Shown piece after piece: positions 40,079 through 55,249 of a DNA stretch of 64,000 bases. Source of the DNA: Hamiltosporidium tvaerminnensis FI-OER-3-3 (taxonomy: Eukaryota; Fungi; Microsporidia); NCBI GenBank assembly GCA_022605425.2, contig CM061256.1, positions 1 to 64,000 of the forward strand, in the 5' to 3' direction. Under the pieces are notes generated by a model, which was given only the letters and a program-made list of their open reading frames with translations, did no database searches and was not told the DNA's origin. Each line of letters opens with the position of its first letter. Position 1 is the stretch's first letter. The translations under genes and the position numbers were made by a program.

Positions 40079-43000
40079 AATGCTGGAAACCGAATTTTTT
40101 AAATACTTATAAAATATAATTTAATCGGATAAAATCAAGAACTAATGGAATTAAATTAAAATTTTTGAGAATTTTTGATAAAAGTTCTATTTAGTTCGAT
40201 TTTTCTAAATTCTATTGAATTGTATCGATTAAATTAAATAGATAAAATAGTAATTCCAGTTTAATATATATAATCAAAATACAATTTTTTCAATTAAATT
40301 GGATCTACGACGAATAAATATTTGTAATGCGTCTATTATAATTCTCTGTCATATATTTGAAAATTTTAGATTACGTAATTATGTAAGAAATATTAATTTA
40401 AGATTTAGGTCAAATATAACTTTTTATATAATGAAATGATAATGAGACATAGGACGATATAAAACAGAAGGTGATTTGAGAAATTTACATTTTTATTTGA
40501 ATATTTATTCGGAGAAATTACTAAATTAAAATATTTCATTCGATAATTTTCAAAAACAATTTGATAATTAAGCCTATATCACTGATATGTGTGTAACTAA
40601 TATTAAAATTGCAATTTTAAAAGAGATATATTTCAAATTTAAAAAAAATGTTCTTTTTTTGTATTTTTGTATTTCAGATATTTTTTTCTATTAAAATGTT
40701 CTTTATATAAATTTATACTTTTATTATTTGCTACAAAATAATTATTTTCAGTGATTTAGTTAAAAATATATAATTTCGATTATTAAGGAGTATATTCGTC
40801 TTTATTTGTTATATTGGCATATGTGAGTTGTGGAAAGTATTTTTGTTATTAACTTTTTGTATTAAATACTTGATATTATTCCTAACTCTGGCCTACTTTT
40901 TGAACCAAATCTTCTATCTAATTCAAAAAGAGTTTAAATTAATTTTTTAAATCTATAGACTTGATATAAAATACGTTTTTTACGTATATGCAGGCTATTT
41001 AGGATACATTTCATGGTATTTCTTGTAGAACGCAGATCTTGACCGAAAGAAAATCGTTCTAATATAGAATTAATGGCTATTGGTTAGCGATCCTGCTACC
41101 AACAGTGGGAAGGTTACAGATTTCTCAGACCGGTAAGTAAATCGAGTATATTTGAGTAACTATAATGCCAAAAATTTTAAAATATAGATTTCTATTCGAA
41201 AAAATATTTCCTTCAATTATTCGTAGATTTTTCTTTCTGTTCTATGTTAGGTTCTCTATTTAATAGATACATTTCTTTGTTTTTTGTAAAAAATTACGCG
41301 ATATGTTGTTTAAAATTTAAAGTTACATGTATTAGTACAAGCAAAAATCAAAACAGCCTCATATAAAAGGCAAAAAAAATCATTATCAGGCTCATTTTTC
41401 TGCTATCTAGACAGGTACTTAATTAACTTCAGATTAGTTTAGAAATAGATACCATTTGCTTTTAACAAACAATCAAAAAAAATATACTAAGAATACTTTT
41501 TTTTATGATCGAATTTCTACATTTTTAAGCTAAAGACAATTACATAGATTAATTAGCGTAATATTTTTGCTGATTAATTTATTTTAAGCTGTATTTTCTT
41601 CAAACCTTTGTTTCATTTTTAGCTATTTTTATGACACAACGTCTACTTAAAAACGTCATATTATAACAGAATGTATAGTATTGTAAGTTTTAATCTTCAA
41701 ATTACTTTTTTAATTAAATATTTTATATCTATTTGAATAAATCTATCACTTTATACCGATAGTGTTATTTTTTTATTCTTTATTATCTTCTTAAAACTGG
41801 GATCTGATAGATTAAAGGTTTTTTATGCCAAAACAAGAGTTACTTTGTTCATTAATCGTTTCGCAACAAACACCATCTAAATCCATAAAGTAATTACAAA
41901 AAGTCGACTACCTATACCAGTAGTTAATCTTGGTATTGCATTTGTATTAATCGTACCAAAGAAAAAAAATTTAAAAATAAATTTGTTGAACAATTTAAAT
42001 TGTGATTGTAAAATTGTTTTTTTGCCTCTATCAAATATACTATATGCCAAATTTTACTTGACCTTATCTTTTATTTATCAACATTTTATAACCTAAGATT
42101 TCATAAACGTATAAGTTTTTTTCACATTAGTATCATTTAAATTTTCCTCTTTGGATTTTCATCTAGGCAGACTCAATCTATTAGGTACAAAGAAACAAAA
42201 AAAAAGCAAAAAAAGAGACGAGATAGGCAACCTGAGAAAACTTTGTTCAAGTCAATTTGTATATTTTATATTTTGCCTGAGTAAAAATATACTGGCATTT
42301 GAAATCAATTCTATAGCATTTTACTGATTTATTTTCCTATGTATATTCACGAAAGCTTTTTTCATTGTTAAAAACTTTATTATTCTGATTTTTTAGAGTT
42401 TACATTTATAGTCTGAAAATTTAAAAGTTTTGATCTATCCTATACAAATAAAAGAATCTATAAAATCGTGCGCACTTTTATTTTAATATATGTATATGTT
42501 TTCTTTAAATCATTTCGGTTTTTATCTTTACATAACCTATATTAAATGATGATCAAACTTTGTAACCTTTTGAAGTATATAGCAGATTTCTTATTAGATT
42601 ATATCTTATCTTATCGTGCAAGTAAAATTTTAATCTTTTGTTTGATCACCTATATAACCATATATACAATAATATTATTAAAAATCTTTTCTGTGTTCAT
42701 AAAGATATATTTAGAAAAATAAAAAAGTTCGAAGCAGCAGATTGCGTGTTAAAATCCTAATAGTTTCTTCTTGTTTGTTTATGTACTTGTAAATTTTAGA
42801 AAAACAGGACTCACTAATATTTAAATGTTATTTATAGTACTTTCCCGCTTCTTTCAGTACATTTAAGCAAATTTTGATCCCGTTTGCTCTACAAATGAAA
42901 AGGTTAAATTTTGATGGATGCTATATAGAGATTATGTTTGGCTGTCGTATAATATACAATTACGTGCTAGGACGAATTCAGGATATGATTTTCTGTTTTT

Positions 43001-43947
43001 AAGAGCCAAAAAAAAATTACGGAAGATGTGTGCTAAGAAGAGAAAAAGTTTTAAAGCCCGTCAGTACGTTCAAAAATTTTTGGTTTATCAAAAATAATAT
43101 TTTTTGGGTGTAAAATAAAATTATTATATAGAAAGCTCTAATTATCGTCATTTTCGGGACTATAGCCCTGCATGAGCCTTGTACGCTCTCAGTAATACCG
43201 TTCACCGGTCATTTTAGAGAGGGTTTATTTACTTTTTCGGGTTTCATAACAAAATGGTTACAAAAGATAGGTTGTTGGCTCTATGCAAACCTCAAACTGT
43301 AGGATTAGTCGCCTCTTACAAAATGCAGAGAATAATCCAAGCCAATTCTTCAACTGGACGGTTAGAAGATATAGCTCTCTACATTTTAATGTCTACTTTT
43401 GATTTAATTTATTACTTTCGTTCAGTTTTTGCTCTTTTTAATTTAATATTAATGATTTGAAAGAAATGGGAAATTGGAATTTTTAGTCTTCTTTAGAATA
43501 TTTTGATATAATTTATAACTTTAGATTCAGTTTAATTAAATATTCATAAAAAATTAAAATACAAAACAGTTATATACATTATGAATAAATAGAAAATAAA
43601 ATATTTTTGTTTAAACTAAGTTTTAACCACCGGGATTCTCGGTTAGGTTTTGTTTAAAAAACACATAGGTTTAAGAACATAATTTGGCGAAAAAACAATT
43701 TAAATGAGCAACTAAGACCAGATAAATGTATAACAAGGTTAAATAACCAAAATATACTTAATATTGAATGTATTAAAGCCGATAAAATAATGTTTGAGCA
43801 GGCTTACACTTCCCATAATATATAATAAAATAAAAACTTCGAAAAATGTAGGTAAATAAACATAGCTATTGCTAAATTCAAATGTACAGAATAAAGCGTA
43901 AATCAAAATTGGTAAAACTCACAAAGAACCGAATTTATTCAAAAACT

Positions 43948-45279
43948 TTACCAGTAGATAATTGCTAATTTATCCATTAGCATTCGCCGGTATAACTCTT
44001 TACATAAATTCTTTACAAAATATTCATATTGATACACAGAAGAATTCTCAAGCGGGAAATTATAGAAAAATTTTTCAAATTTTGCTACCTTATCAACCAT
44101 GTTTGTTACGTTTAAATTATAATCTGATAATATTTCAAAGAATTCATCGCTTGAAAAGAGAGAAAAATTTAACGAGAATTTTTTTTCAAATTGTGTATGT
44201 TCTTTAAGAAACAATGTGAAGACGTAGGGTTTTTTGTGTAGGCTAAAATCAATTCTTATTTCTTTTCTAAAATTTAAAGATTCTATTGGAGCATCGTAAG
44301 TGGCCTTATATTCAATAAAATATTCGTTTTTTATCAAGTTCGAACTTAATGAATCATTATTACAGTTGTCACTAAATTCCTTTATACAATCAGTTCTGAA
44401 GGTTATAATAGAATAAAAACTATGTAGCAAATTGGATGTATTATAATCAATGTCTTCTTTATATATATTTCTACACCTCCAACAGGCTTTTATACTGTAC
44501 TCTTGGTTTAATTGCTGGAAAATTTTGCACTTTTCTTTCAGTATTAAATTTAAATCCTGAGCATCAGAAATGACTGGTAATTTCCCGGATAGTTTTAGCT
44601 TGGTTGCTACCGTCGATTTAAAAGCAATTACATTCTTAGAGGAATAAAAAGCCAATCTTTTATTTGGTAATCCAATGACGTGTTCGAATGAAATCTCGGG
44701 ATCAAAAATTATAAACCTATAGTTTGAATGACTATATCTGCAAGAACTCACTAATCCTCCCATCAGATTGATATAAAATTTTCGAAATATTAATGTTGTA
44801 TTAAAAATATTTTTCAAAAGATGCTTTAAAAATTTGTTTCCAAAAACGATATGTCTTTGTCGGTAACAAAGTTCCTTGTTATTCCTATCAATAGATTTGA
44901 TTTCGAAAAAAAAATTTCCTTTTCCTATTTTTCGTAATTCTAACAGATGTAAAATATCTGGATTTTTTTTCGATCTTACGATTTTACAATCTGAATCAAA
45001 AAAAATATTAAAATTTGTAGAAGTGGATGAATTAACAAAATTACAAATAGCTTCATTTATTTCAGGAGCTAAATGACGCTCTTGAAGTTTAACATCATAG
45101 AAATCGGAATCTGCGAATTTTTTCAATATTTCTTTGGTTTTTACATAAAAAAAATTTGCAACATGAGTAAGCTGTTCATCAAAATCACATACTGTATATT
45201 TATCATCATTTGTTGTCAACATTGTAGACATATAAAATATCAACATTAAAATTTGTAGCTTTCCGATCCATAGATCCAT
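43948..45279 (-). CDS. Family member 5 (intact, 443 aa)
   Basis: FADSDFYDVKL, YRFIIFDPEISF, TKLKLSGKLP, YSIKACWR; hydrophobic N-terminus. Confidence 0.9.
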   Translation of the reverse strand: MDLWIGKLQILMLIFYMSTMLTTNDDKYTVCDFDEQLTHVANFFYVKTKEILKKFADSDFYDVKLQERHLAPEINEAICNFVNSSTSTNFNIFFDSDCKIVRSKKNPDILHLLELRKIGKGNFFFEIKSIDRNNKELCYRQRHIVFGNKFLKHLLKNIFNTTLIFRKFYINLMGGLVSSCRYSHSNYRFIIFDPEISFEHVIGLPNKRLAFYSSKNVIAFKSTVATKLKLSGKLPVISDAQDLNLILKEKCKIFQQLNQEYSIKACWRCRNIYKEDIDYNTSNLLHSFYSIITFRTDCIKEFSDNCNNDSLSSNLIKNEYFIEYKATYDAPIESLNFRKEIRIDFSLHKKPYVFTLFLKEHTQFEKKFSLNFSLFSSDEFFEILSDYNLNVTNMVDKVAKFEKFFYNFPLENSSVYQYEYFVKNLCKELYRRMLMDKLAIIYW

Positions 45280-47549
45280 AACTTAGTAAACAGAAATTTT
45301 TAAATACTTTTATAAATTCATTTTATCTGATAAATATATTAATTAAAACCGATTAATAGGTGTAAAAAAGGATTATATTGTTATACTGTATTGAAAACAA
45401 TCGAACGGTAAATGTGATCTTTCCGATTAAATTAAAACTCAAGTTTTTGGCAAATATTCTTTTTCGTTTTCATATCACAAATTCGATCTCTGTTCTCGTA
45501 TTTTACGATATGAATGAACTTAATTATCAAATATATGTATGTTGAAAGTATTTGGTTTAAAATAAATGCAAAAAACAAAATAAAAAAAACAGCGGGTAAT
45601 AATATATTGTACAGAAAAGATAAATATAACGCAAATTCACACTTACAGATCAATACCATTCAACGGCCTTCCCAAATCAGAAAACACATTCGAAACAAAG
45701 CCAAAAATTTAAAAATAACAAAAGTTGTGCTAAACCGTGTTTTCGTCCAACATATTCTTTAACTTTTAAGATTAAATAGCACTGATAAGACGTTCAATCC
45801 AATAAAAAAACCTTTTAATCGATTTTTTCTCGAAGTAAGCCTTCTAAGTCTGTCAATGTGATACAAATGCGTGTAAGCTGAGTCGAAGAATGAACATTGA
45901 GTTTATTTTTCACACAGACGAAATTTCGAAGAATTCCTTAAGATATGGCTATGATAATAGACACGTGCAAATAAAAAAAATTTTCGGCCAAAAATTTTAT
46001 TTTTTAGAAAGTAAAATGCAATGAAATAACAAAGGAAAACAATAGACAGGGAGTAACTACCGAACTGGGATTACAAATTTCGCTTCAAGTCATGTTTTTT
46101 AAATTATCTCCTCAAGTACATAACTCTGGGTAAATGATTTGATTTAAAAGGCGAAAATAAAGATATAAAACTTGCGTTCAAACTAAAAATCTTTGTGTGA
46201 AAAGCATATATACCTAAGTTTATCGCAATTGATTGAATTGAAGAGATATGTAGAATCGCATTTACTTGTACAGAAAAAGACATACAGCTAATCATAAAAG
46301 CTTGTAAACTATATAATGAAAAGCAGGATACAATAGAAACCAAAGTATGGCAACAATACATTGATAGAATTTTTTTGGGTTCATACTTTCTAAATAAATC
46401 TTTAGAAAAGTAATAAATGAAAAATCACCCGCTTAAAAAGGCTTAGCGTGTCATTAAATAATTTTAGGTGAATAAGATCAAACACAACGAAATGTAGCTT
46501 ATAAATAATAAATGTGTCATTATATATCTAAAGCAAAAGCTACAATTTCTAGAATAAAAGAGATATTTGGAAATGTGTACGGTATTCTGGGCAATTATGA
46601 CTAAATTTTATCATATATATTCCGAGAATTCAAATCAAGTCAGGTGAATAATCGTGATAAAACTTCTTATTTTTTGGTAAACCATTGGCTTGGGCGTTAA
46701 AATCGTAGTAGATTATCTGATATGATTCTTACAAAAGCACCACTCGGACTGTTCATTTTACATAGTATTCAATAAATACAACATTCATTTTTTTTAAAAT
46801 ATATGGGGAAAGTATTTATAATGCATTTATTATCTAACTTATTTAGTTTCGTAAACATTCTCTTGATATTGTACAACGTATGTATAAAAAATATATAGCA
46901 AGGTATTTTGTTAAAATTAGAAATTACTAATTTGATTACACGGAGCACTTCATAACCGAGCTTCGTTACAATTCTGACAAACAAAAGTTCAAGCTTTTTT
47001 ATGAAAACGACAAAAAGTTATATAAAACTGGCATTATCACATTTCAATAGAGAATGGCTATCTTTCGATTAATCTCGAGTAGCTAGAGGTGTGTAAAAGA
47101 CAAAAAGCTGTTCGATTTAATGATTGGTCTAATCCATTATAAAAATACCATAAGAAAACATAGATATAATAAGATTTTACGTTTATCTTTTTATGATTAT
47201 TTGTAAAATGCACTGATGACCGAAATATTTCATAAGTCAAAAATATCAAAGCACGAAATTATATAAGTAAAGTCTGAAATAATGACCAGCAAGAAATTTA
47301 AAGAACTTAATCTACAAATAATTCATTATTAACTTCTGATTTGTGTTATGTTTCTAAAATTTGTAAATAAACTATATAAAAGTATTCTAGGTAGTCATGC
47401 ATACCAATATATTTCTTGTATGATTGTATCTCTGATTATTGTGATTCTAAGTTACAAAACATAGAAAGAATTTAAGCTTATGAGAGTAGAAGTACAATAT
47501 TTCCATGAAATATAGGTTAGAGATGTTCAAAAAAATACGCAAAAAGCAA

Positions 47550-48760
47550 TTGGTATTATAAAGAAACCGGTGCATCTATAGAAGAATCGATGCTAAGAAA
47601 TTTGAAGGAATATTAGGAGATTGCAAAGGAAAACAAATGCCATTTACATTTGAATGAGTTCGAGAGAAGCTTTTATTGTTTGCGAAAGGTGTTCTATATT
47701 GAAAAGATTATAAAAATATATTTCATACAATGATAAGCCGTAATATCCTCTATTAGTTATCATATAGAAGTAATTAGATCTTGACAGATCAATTCATATG
47801 TAAGACTATGCAGTTGGTTTTGTGAATATACAAAAAAATACATCCCGGGAGGGCAAAAAAGTGTATGTTTCAGCCTTGATTTAAATTCGAATTAGTTTAT
47901 TATGGATCTGATTTATATATTAATTATATGGTTTGTGATCCTTGAATGCTCTGGAAAGAAGAAATAAAGTATCTATCAGAATCGCATAATTTTCAACAAA
48001 AAAGATATTAAACACATCTTTTTTAGTTAAAATCTATCTAAATATATTAAAACTTATAATGAGATATAAGGATAAAAATTAGAAGAAAGTTAAAAGAAAA
48101 TTTTATAACAAAATGAAAGTCATAAAATTACAAGAGAAGTTATATAATGACAGAAGAAATATGTACCGAAAAAGTTTGATTCTTTGAGAGTTTTAATAAA
48201 TATAAAAGTAGATCAACCAGGCGGTATTCTTGTATCGAATTCAAATTAAATTGAATTTTTGGCTTCAGCAAGGAGACGTCAAGATGCTTAACTCTAGAAA
48301 ATCGGCTGCACATATGTCAAGATGTGTGAAAATATTTACTCATATTAAAACAGCACACCACAGTGATATGACCAGGTATTTATGACTTCTTCTCTGGGTA
48401 AATATGGATTGTGTCTTAAAATCAGATTAGAAGTTACTGAGATATAGTAAAATTGGAAAGAAGCATACAAAAACGAAATAACACTACAGTTAGATGCGAA
48501 TTTGAAAATCCAAAATTATGGATCTAAATCATTTATAAAATAGTAATGCCTTGGCGACGACGACTCACCTCGAAATGTTCAATTGGTTTCAACGCAACAA
48601 GCGCCAATATAAGTGCTTCAATTGAGAAAAAAGTTTTTCTATTTGTTCATAAATCTTACACACCCAGTAATAGTGAGTAGAACTCAGTAAAAAAACAATT
48701 AAAATATCCTATTGGTTCAAAAAAAACACTTGAAATTAATTCAGTAATTTTCTTGTAAAT
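47550..48760 (+). mobile_element. Very decayed LINE remnant (may extend 5' to ~46 kb)
   Basis: TATCATATAGAAGTA, AAAATACATCCCGGGA, AAGTTATATAATG and CAAGATGTGTGAAAAT appear in the expected order. Confidence 0.55.
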
Positions 48761-51032
48761 TGTATTATTCATTGAGAAAATATAATAAATTTAGTTTTAA
48801 ATTTTTCTAAGGTTCTAATTTTAAAGAAATTGCATCACTGCCTTGAGTTCTTTAAAGTAGTTTATAGTTACTTAAAAAATTGTATGATAAAATTGATGCT
48901 TTTCTACCATTCTTCATTATAAGGAATTCATATGCTATTTAATTATCGTACAAAACAATTTTGCTTAAATGGCTTGGTGAAACCTTATACTTGAATATCT
49001 TGAAAGATTTTTTATAAAAATGGATAGATTTATTCCTAGATAAATTACCAATAATCATAAGTTAAATAACACGGTTTTTAAAGACAAATAAAACTCCACA
49101 TAAGAATAAATTTCTTCGAGAAAAAGAAACAAAATGAATATAAATATGTGGAAGGTGAACAGAATAATGTTAAAGCCGGGCCGAAGCTCTGAAAAATTGC
49201 AAATGCATACGAAAGAAGAAGATAAATAGGTAGTTCAAAGAAACTTAAGTTTTATTTGTAATTTCGCAAAGCGGGTTAATAATTTGCAAATGAAAGACTA
49301 AAAAAATTTCTGAGAAACAGACCAGGTGAGACTAAGAAGTTTTTATTGAAAAATCCAAGAAACTATAGTTCCGATAATAAAGTTTATGATTATTTTCAGC
49401 ATTTTTTTATATTGAATGTAAAAGAAAGTACTTTTCTGTGAGCCAAGCCGACTAGTTCCTCTCATATAGAACCGGATATACAAAATAAATATAAAAAACA
49501 TATTTACTTTATTCAAAAAGATAAAAAAAGCAAGATATTTATTTGTGAAAAGAAATGAAACAGTGTATAATACCGGAAAAGATGAAATGAGAGCATTTAT
49601 TTGTGTTTTTGAAATAGCCAAGAGTAGGGAATCAATTAATTATCACTATATATAGGTATCCAAGTAATATTTAGGAAACAAGAAACGCTTAAATTTACTA
49701 CCTAAAAGTGTGAAAAGCAAAATCAAAGCAGTACCCAAAATATACAAAGAAATCTATTGTAACCGACAAGTTCATAAATGAGGTAAAAATACGGAGAAAA
49801 CAAGAAAGAAAAATTAGTTTTATAAGTAATGCAATTAAAATAAAGTTATATAATCATATTGAGTTGTTAAGGAACTATAAAAAACAGTAAATTTTGAGAT
49901 AAAATCAATTTTCAAGTTTAAATAATATTACGTGGAAGTTAGAAAATATAAAAATTCACTAAATCGACTTCTATTCCGTAATATTAATACCAATTCTAAT
50001 AAAGGAATAAAACGTAACTTGAAAATTTAAATTTAACAGTTAAATGATGTAAATATTGCTTTTTCTTGAGTTTTTTAATTTGTAATTTCAAAAAATTTCC
50101 AAATCATTTTCAAGAATATATTAATTTTTGCAATCAGCAAATAACAGTCAGATAATTTTATTGTTATAATTAATAATAAACATATGAATTGTTGAAACAC
50201 AAGTACCGAAGTAGCTTAGCTATGAAAATGTATATTTCTCTCTTTATCGTGAAACTATTTCGATTTATATAGTATTCGATTCACAACAATGTCAAAGCAG
50301 AATTGGCTTATATTCTTCTTTGCTTGTCGTCAAGGCAGTCAAAATGAACTAGTCTTCCTGGTTAGGGTTTTAACTAGTACAAACAACTCTTTAAAGCATC
50401 TTTTTGCGAATGCGAAAAATTTAACGAACCATCTTTAAAAAGACCGGTGTGCGTTATATCTGATTACGATCAAGGTTCTTACAGGGCTATCTGCAGATGA
50501 AGATGATTATGTAAAATTCTACATTTTTGGCTGAATGTTCTTTTTAATAGATAAACTTCGTAATTAATGATCATTTTTTGCTTAATTAAGAAATATTAAT
50601 CGTAATATTTTCTAATAAGTTCTTTTCCAGGTTGTAATTATCTATTTTTAGGTCTTAAGCATTTTTCATCTTGATTTATCTATTTTACATTGAATGTTTA
50701 TAAATAAAATTTCGTAAAGATATGCTTCTGCTGTTATTACTAAAGATATTTATCATGCTTAGGCGCAACATATTAATTTATGTAAAAACTTTGTTAAAGC
50801 ATATTTCTGAAATCTTGGTTTTACATATTAAAATGTGACCTTATAAATTTGCAACACTTTCTTTTTTAGCAAAGCAAAGTAAAAATGTACAAAAAATCAA
50901 ACATAAACACACCAAAATATCATCTGTAAAAAATTGGTCTCTTCAATGCTCAAAATTTTCTTTATTATCTAATCATATAATTTCCACAATTTTGGTTTTT
51001 TTTGCTAAAAAATAAATTTTAACTAAGATTAT

Positions 51033-51152
51033 CTAACTTTTAATATAATACTACCTTTTAATACTATAATACTAACTTTTAATGCTATAATACTAACTTT
51101 TGATATAATACTAACTTTTGATACTATAATACTAACTTTAAATACTATAATA
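51033..51152. repeat. ~20-21-bp minisatellite x ~5-6
   Basis: CTAACTTTT(A/G)ATACTATAATA repeats. Confidence 0.85.
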
Positions 51153-54100
51153 TTTTTCTTTAATTTCTTATTTACTACATATTTCATTCATTATACTTTT
51201 TAGTTTAGAAGATGAACAAATAAAAATTTTACATTTCATTATCTAAGAAAAGTCCGTAATATAAGTAATTATTCTATGAATTCGTTCCATATTTCTTAGT
51301 ATTATTTTTTGCTTGAATCATTCTAAAAAATACTTTTATAGTTCTATATTGTTTTAAGCTAAATAACATAGGAGAATTAGTAATTTGTCTCCTTATATTT
51401 TTGAATGTTTTATTTTTTACTTTTCTTTTTCTAAAGTTATTTTAAATGCTGATTTCCTACTATTTACTAGTTTACTTCAGATCTTAAAATTATTTTTTGA
51501 AAAATATTCATCATTCTCATGATTAATAACGGAAATATATATTTGAAAGCATATATTCGTCATGAGTATAATATTGGATTAAACTTTACATTATTTAATA
51601 AAAAATAAATGACTTTAATTTTTACTAAAAAAAGTAAATAAAAAACCATTGGTCAAACTAGTTAAGAATATATTTTATGAAATATACTTAAAAATTTGAC
51701 ATTATAGTTAAAATTTAAAACCAAATGAATACTCTCGGAAAGAATAAACTATACCTCCGATAAAACAAAATTACGAAAACACTTTCTATCTTTATTCACG
51801 ATAGGCTTAAATGTTTTATTGTGTTAGAAACAGAATAGCAACTAGCACCAAACTACTTGAAAGTAGATATCTAAAATTTAAAAAAAGAAAAAATATTCAT
51901 TAATTTAGATAGAATGAAAAACAAAAGTCATTTTTGAATTTTTCATAAAAATTTGTATATGAAGGAAAATTGTAAAATATTGTGAACTTTTCTTCGTAGA
52001 AGTTTGCAGCTTCTTAGGTAATTAGATAGAAAGAAAACGGAAAAAGGTTTGGGTAATTTTTAGGTAAAAACATAGAATCCTAAATATGCTCGTATAAGTT
52101 GGAATATGTGGTGTACTTGTGATACGATTCCAATATACACCGAAAGAAGTCGGGGATACTGCACAAGGTTATACTTATGGTGATGTTATTGGCATGCCTA
52201 GATGAAGGAAATGCAAGTTTTTAGAATAATGTTGGTAAAATGGAATTCTCTATATGAAAATGTCTAAAATGATATGCTGTTTGTCTTGAATCTAAAATAG
52301 GGAAATAACCTACGATCACACTATATTTAATAAAAATTAAAGAACTTTAGGCAACTTCTTCGTTCAACAAATATCACGGATCATAAACGCCCACGTCTAA
52401 TGAAACCTTGTATTTCTTTTATACCATTTGGATATTTCTGTAAATTTCAGAACTCCGTTTTTCTATGTATATTACACCTAAAACTCATATATTTAAAAGA
52501 AGAAAGCAATATTTTCACTCATAAAAGTCAATATAAAAGATATTTCTATCGTTTTTAGGTTTCATTTTCCTGAAAAAATTGATTAAAATTTGAAAAAATA
52601 AAAGTTAGAATTTCTATGTTACATTTAAACAATATAAAACATTATGTTAGAATTCAAGATTAAATGAGATGTGCTTATAACTTATAAAAACTTTTCTTGT
52701 GTTATGTTCGTTTTTTTTCATTTAAATTTGTTGTTCATCAAAATAATTGTTTTGCACTACAGAATCGTCGTAAAAGAAGTTAGAACATGCTTTTTTTGTT
52801 TTTATATACATCTCAAAGTTTCTTTTGAATTAGAAATTTTTTCTAAAAAACGAATTTTGAAAAAGACTATTTGAATTTTTGCCTTATAATTTTTTCTCGA
52901 TTATTTAAAAATGCTCAGAAACAAATACAGCAATTTTACTTTGTTTTTGACACTATTAAATATTATAATGTTTTTATGATTACTATTTGTGCAATTCTTC
53001 ACACACTCTGTAAATATTTAAGCTTCACTGTTCATACCTGCATTTTTTTTTACTAAAAATTATACAAGAAAAACTTCAATAGAAGACACTAATATACAAG
53101 GTTTATTTTCAATTATTATGATACTAGAAAGTGAATTGTTTAAACCCGTTTATCTAAAAGAAAGCGTTGAAGGTTTGTTTTGTTTACCCTAGTACTGCTC
53201 TATTATATATGTCACGGGAAATTTAAATAATTCGACATTATTATGATGCCTAAAGCGAATGCTCAATTTGATAATTTCTTTATTCTATTTAAAAAGAAAA
53301 TCAGACATATTAAAAATTAGTGAAATCGCAGCAAAAAATATTAAAAAACAGGCTGAAAACTACATAAACCTCGAATCGAATATACATCATCATAATAAAA
53401 GTGGCATCATGAGTGTTTGAGTCTATAATGTCAAAAGAAGCCGCACTGATGCAAGAAACATTCTGAAATTTATTCTGAAAATAACAGAGAATAATCTTTT
53501 TAATTTAAGCACCAAGCACGAAACCTTGAATCGAGTTTACATGAGGAACCAAGCTACAATATGTAATGCTAACTTTTTTGTGTTTAAAAAATTCATAATG
53601 GGGCAATTTCATTAAGAGAATGTAAACTTATCTCATTTAAACCAAATCACAGGGTTATAATCGATGTGGCTGCAAACTTGAATGCACATTTGCCAAATTT
53701 AACTTTTATAAAGGAAAAAAGCATTATTGATCATAATGCCATGAAAAATAAATCTGCTCTAATCAATAAATCGCTTGAATTTGACATATTTTAAAGGTTT
53801 ACATATTTTTCGGTTAACGTACCTTTTTTTCTATATTTTTTTCATCTTAGGTAATACTTTCTCTTATTTTTGATGTTATAAAATATTTATTAAAATCTTT
53901 CGAATTACCTAATTATTTGAATTCCTCGTAACATACACGAGAAGAAACTATAGTAAAATGTTCAATCCATCTTCTTCCACCCGTTTTGTGTAATTTTATT
54001 CAAGTTTTCTTTTTATAGGTCAATTTACACTTTCGCTTGATCCTGCTATTGGGAGTACTACTAAGACTTCAATGTATAACTTATTACTTAGAAAGTCTAT

Positions 54101-55249
54101 AAGATTTCAAACAGTAAATTTTTAAAATATTTGCTGTGTTATGACTATATTTCAATTAAAAAACAAAGCTGCAAAAAATAAACTTCAATGAATTTTTTAG
54201 TAATTGTGAAGTCTTATATATCTTACTGTTATGAAAAGTTTTTGTAAAGGATTAATTATATTATTAATCAAGTAATATTAACCAAGTCAATTCATGTATC
54301 AATAATATTCATACAATCCTGTTTACAATATGGTTTTAAATATTTCTTGGAAGCTCTTTTTCATTTTTTCTAAGAATTAAAATTTTGATTTCGGACTTAC
54401 TATACACTTACACCTTTTTACATTTAAAATAGAAAGATTTGAGAAACGTAAATGTAAAAAATGAATTTAAACTATAAATAAACTTATACATTTGTTGAGC
54501 AGTTTAGTGCATGTCTTTGTTAGTTTCAAATACCTTTTTCGGTTTTAAGCATTTACAGAAGAAGAGAATAACGATAGAAAGAAGTGGAAAGTAAAAAAAA
54601 ATATTGAGAGAATATTATTTCTTTACTGAAAATCTTAATTCTTTCAATACAAAATAAAAGAGGAGATAGATATAAAATAGCAGTCAGTAATACAAGATCG
54701 AGATTTATATAAAATTATGAGAAGAGGATAGGGCAAGGATATAGGAATAAAAGGATCTATCAAAAATAAAGAGTTTTGTTCACATGTAATAGTATAAAGC
54801 AAATAACCGGAGTTCTTTTGGGCATGAGTGTATATTGACCTGTGGCATTAAATAGGTTTTAATAAAATTTAAAGATTAAGTTTTAAAATCTAAATATCTA
54901 AGGAACACTGTTAAATGATTGCGTAGTCTTTTTTAATTACTACCCTATAATTGATGTTGATGTTATGAAACAAAATTTAAAATTCCCACTTTTTTTAAAG
55001 ATCGATTTATCAAAGAAAACATTACATTTTTGTTTAAAAATCATAGTTCGACTCTGAAAAAATGGTTTGACAAAATTTTTAAATGTTTTATCATCCAAAA
55101 AAAGTAAAGAATGTAAAGAACCAATGATCGTTTCATATCAAATATTTAAAATTAAATGAACAAAGACTTCTTAAAAGAAGCAAAAATTAGAATATAAGGA
55201 AACATTTAAAATTAAATTAGAAAAATTTTTGATAATATATCAAAAAAGT

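Noticed and set aside
52060-52260. Protein kinase remnant (ICG..P.EV..GYT..D)
   Set aside because: Motif spacing is wrong and no other subdomains are visible.
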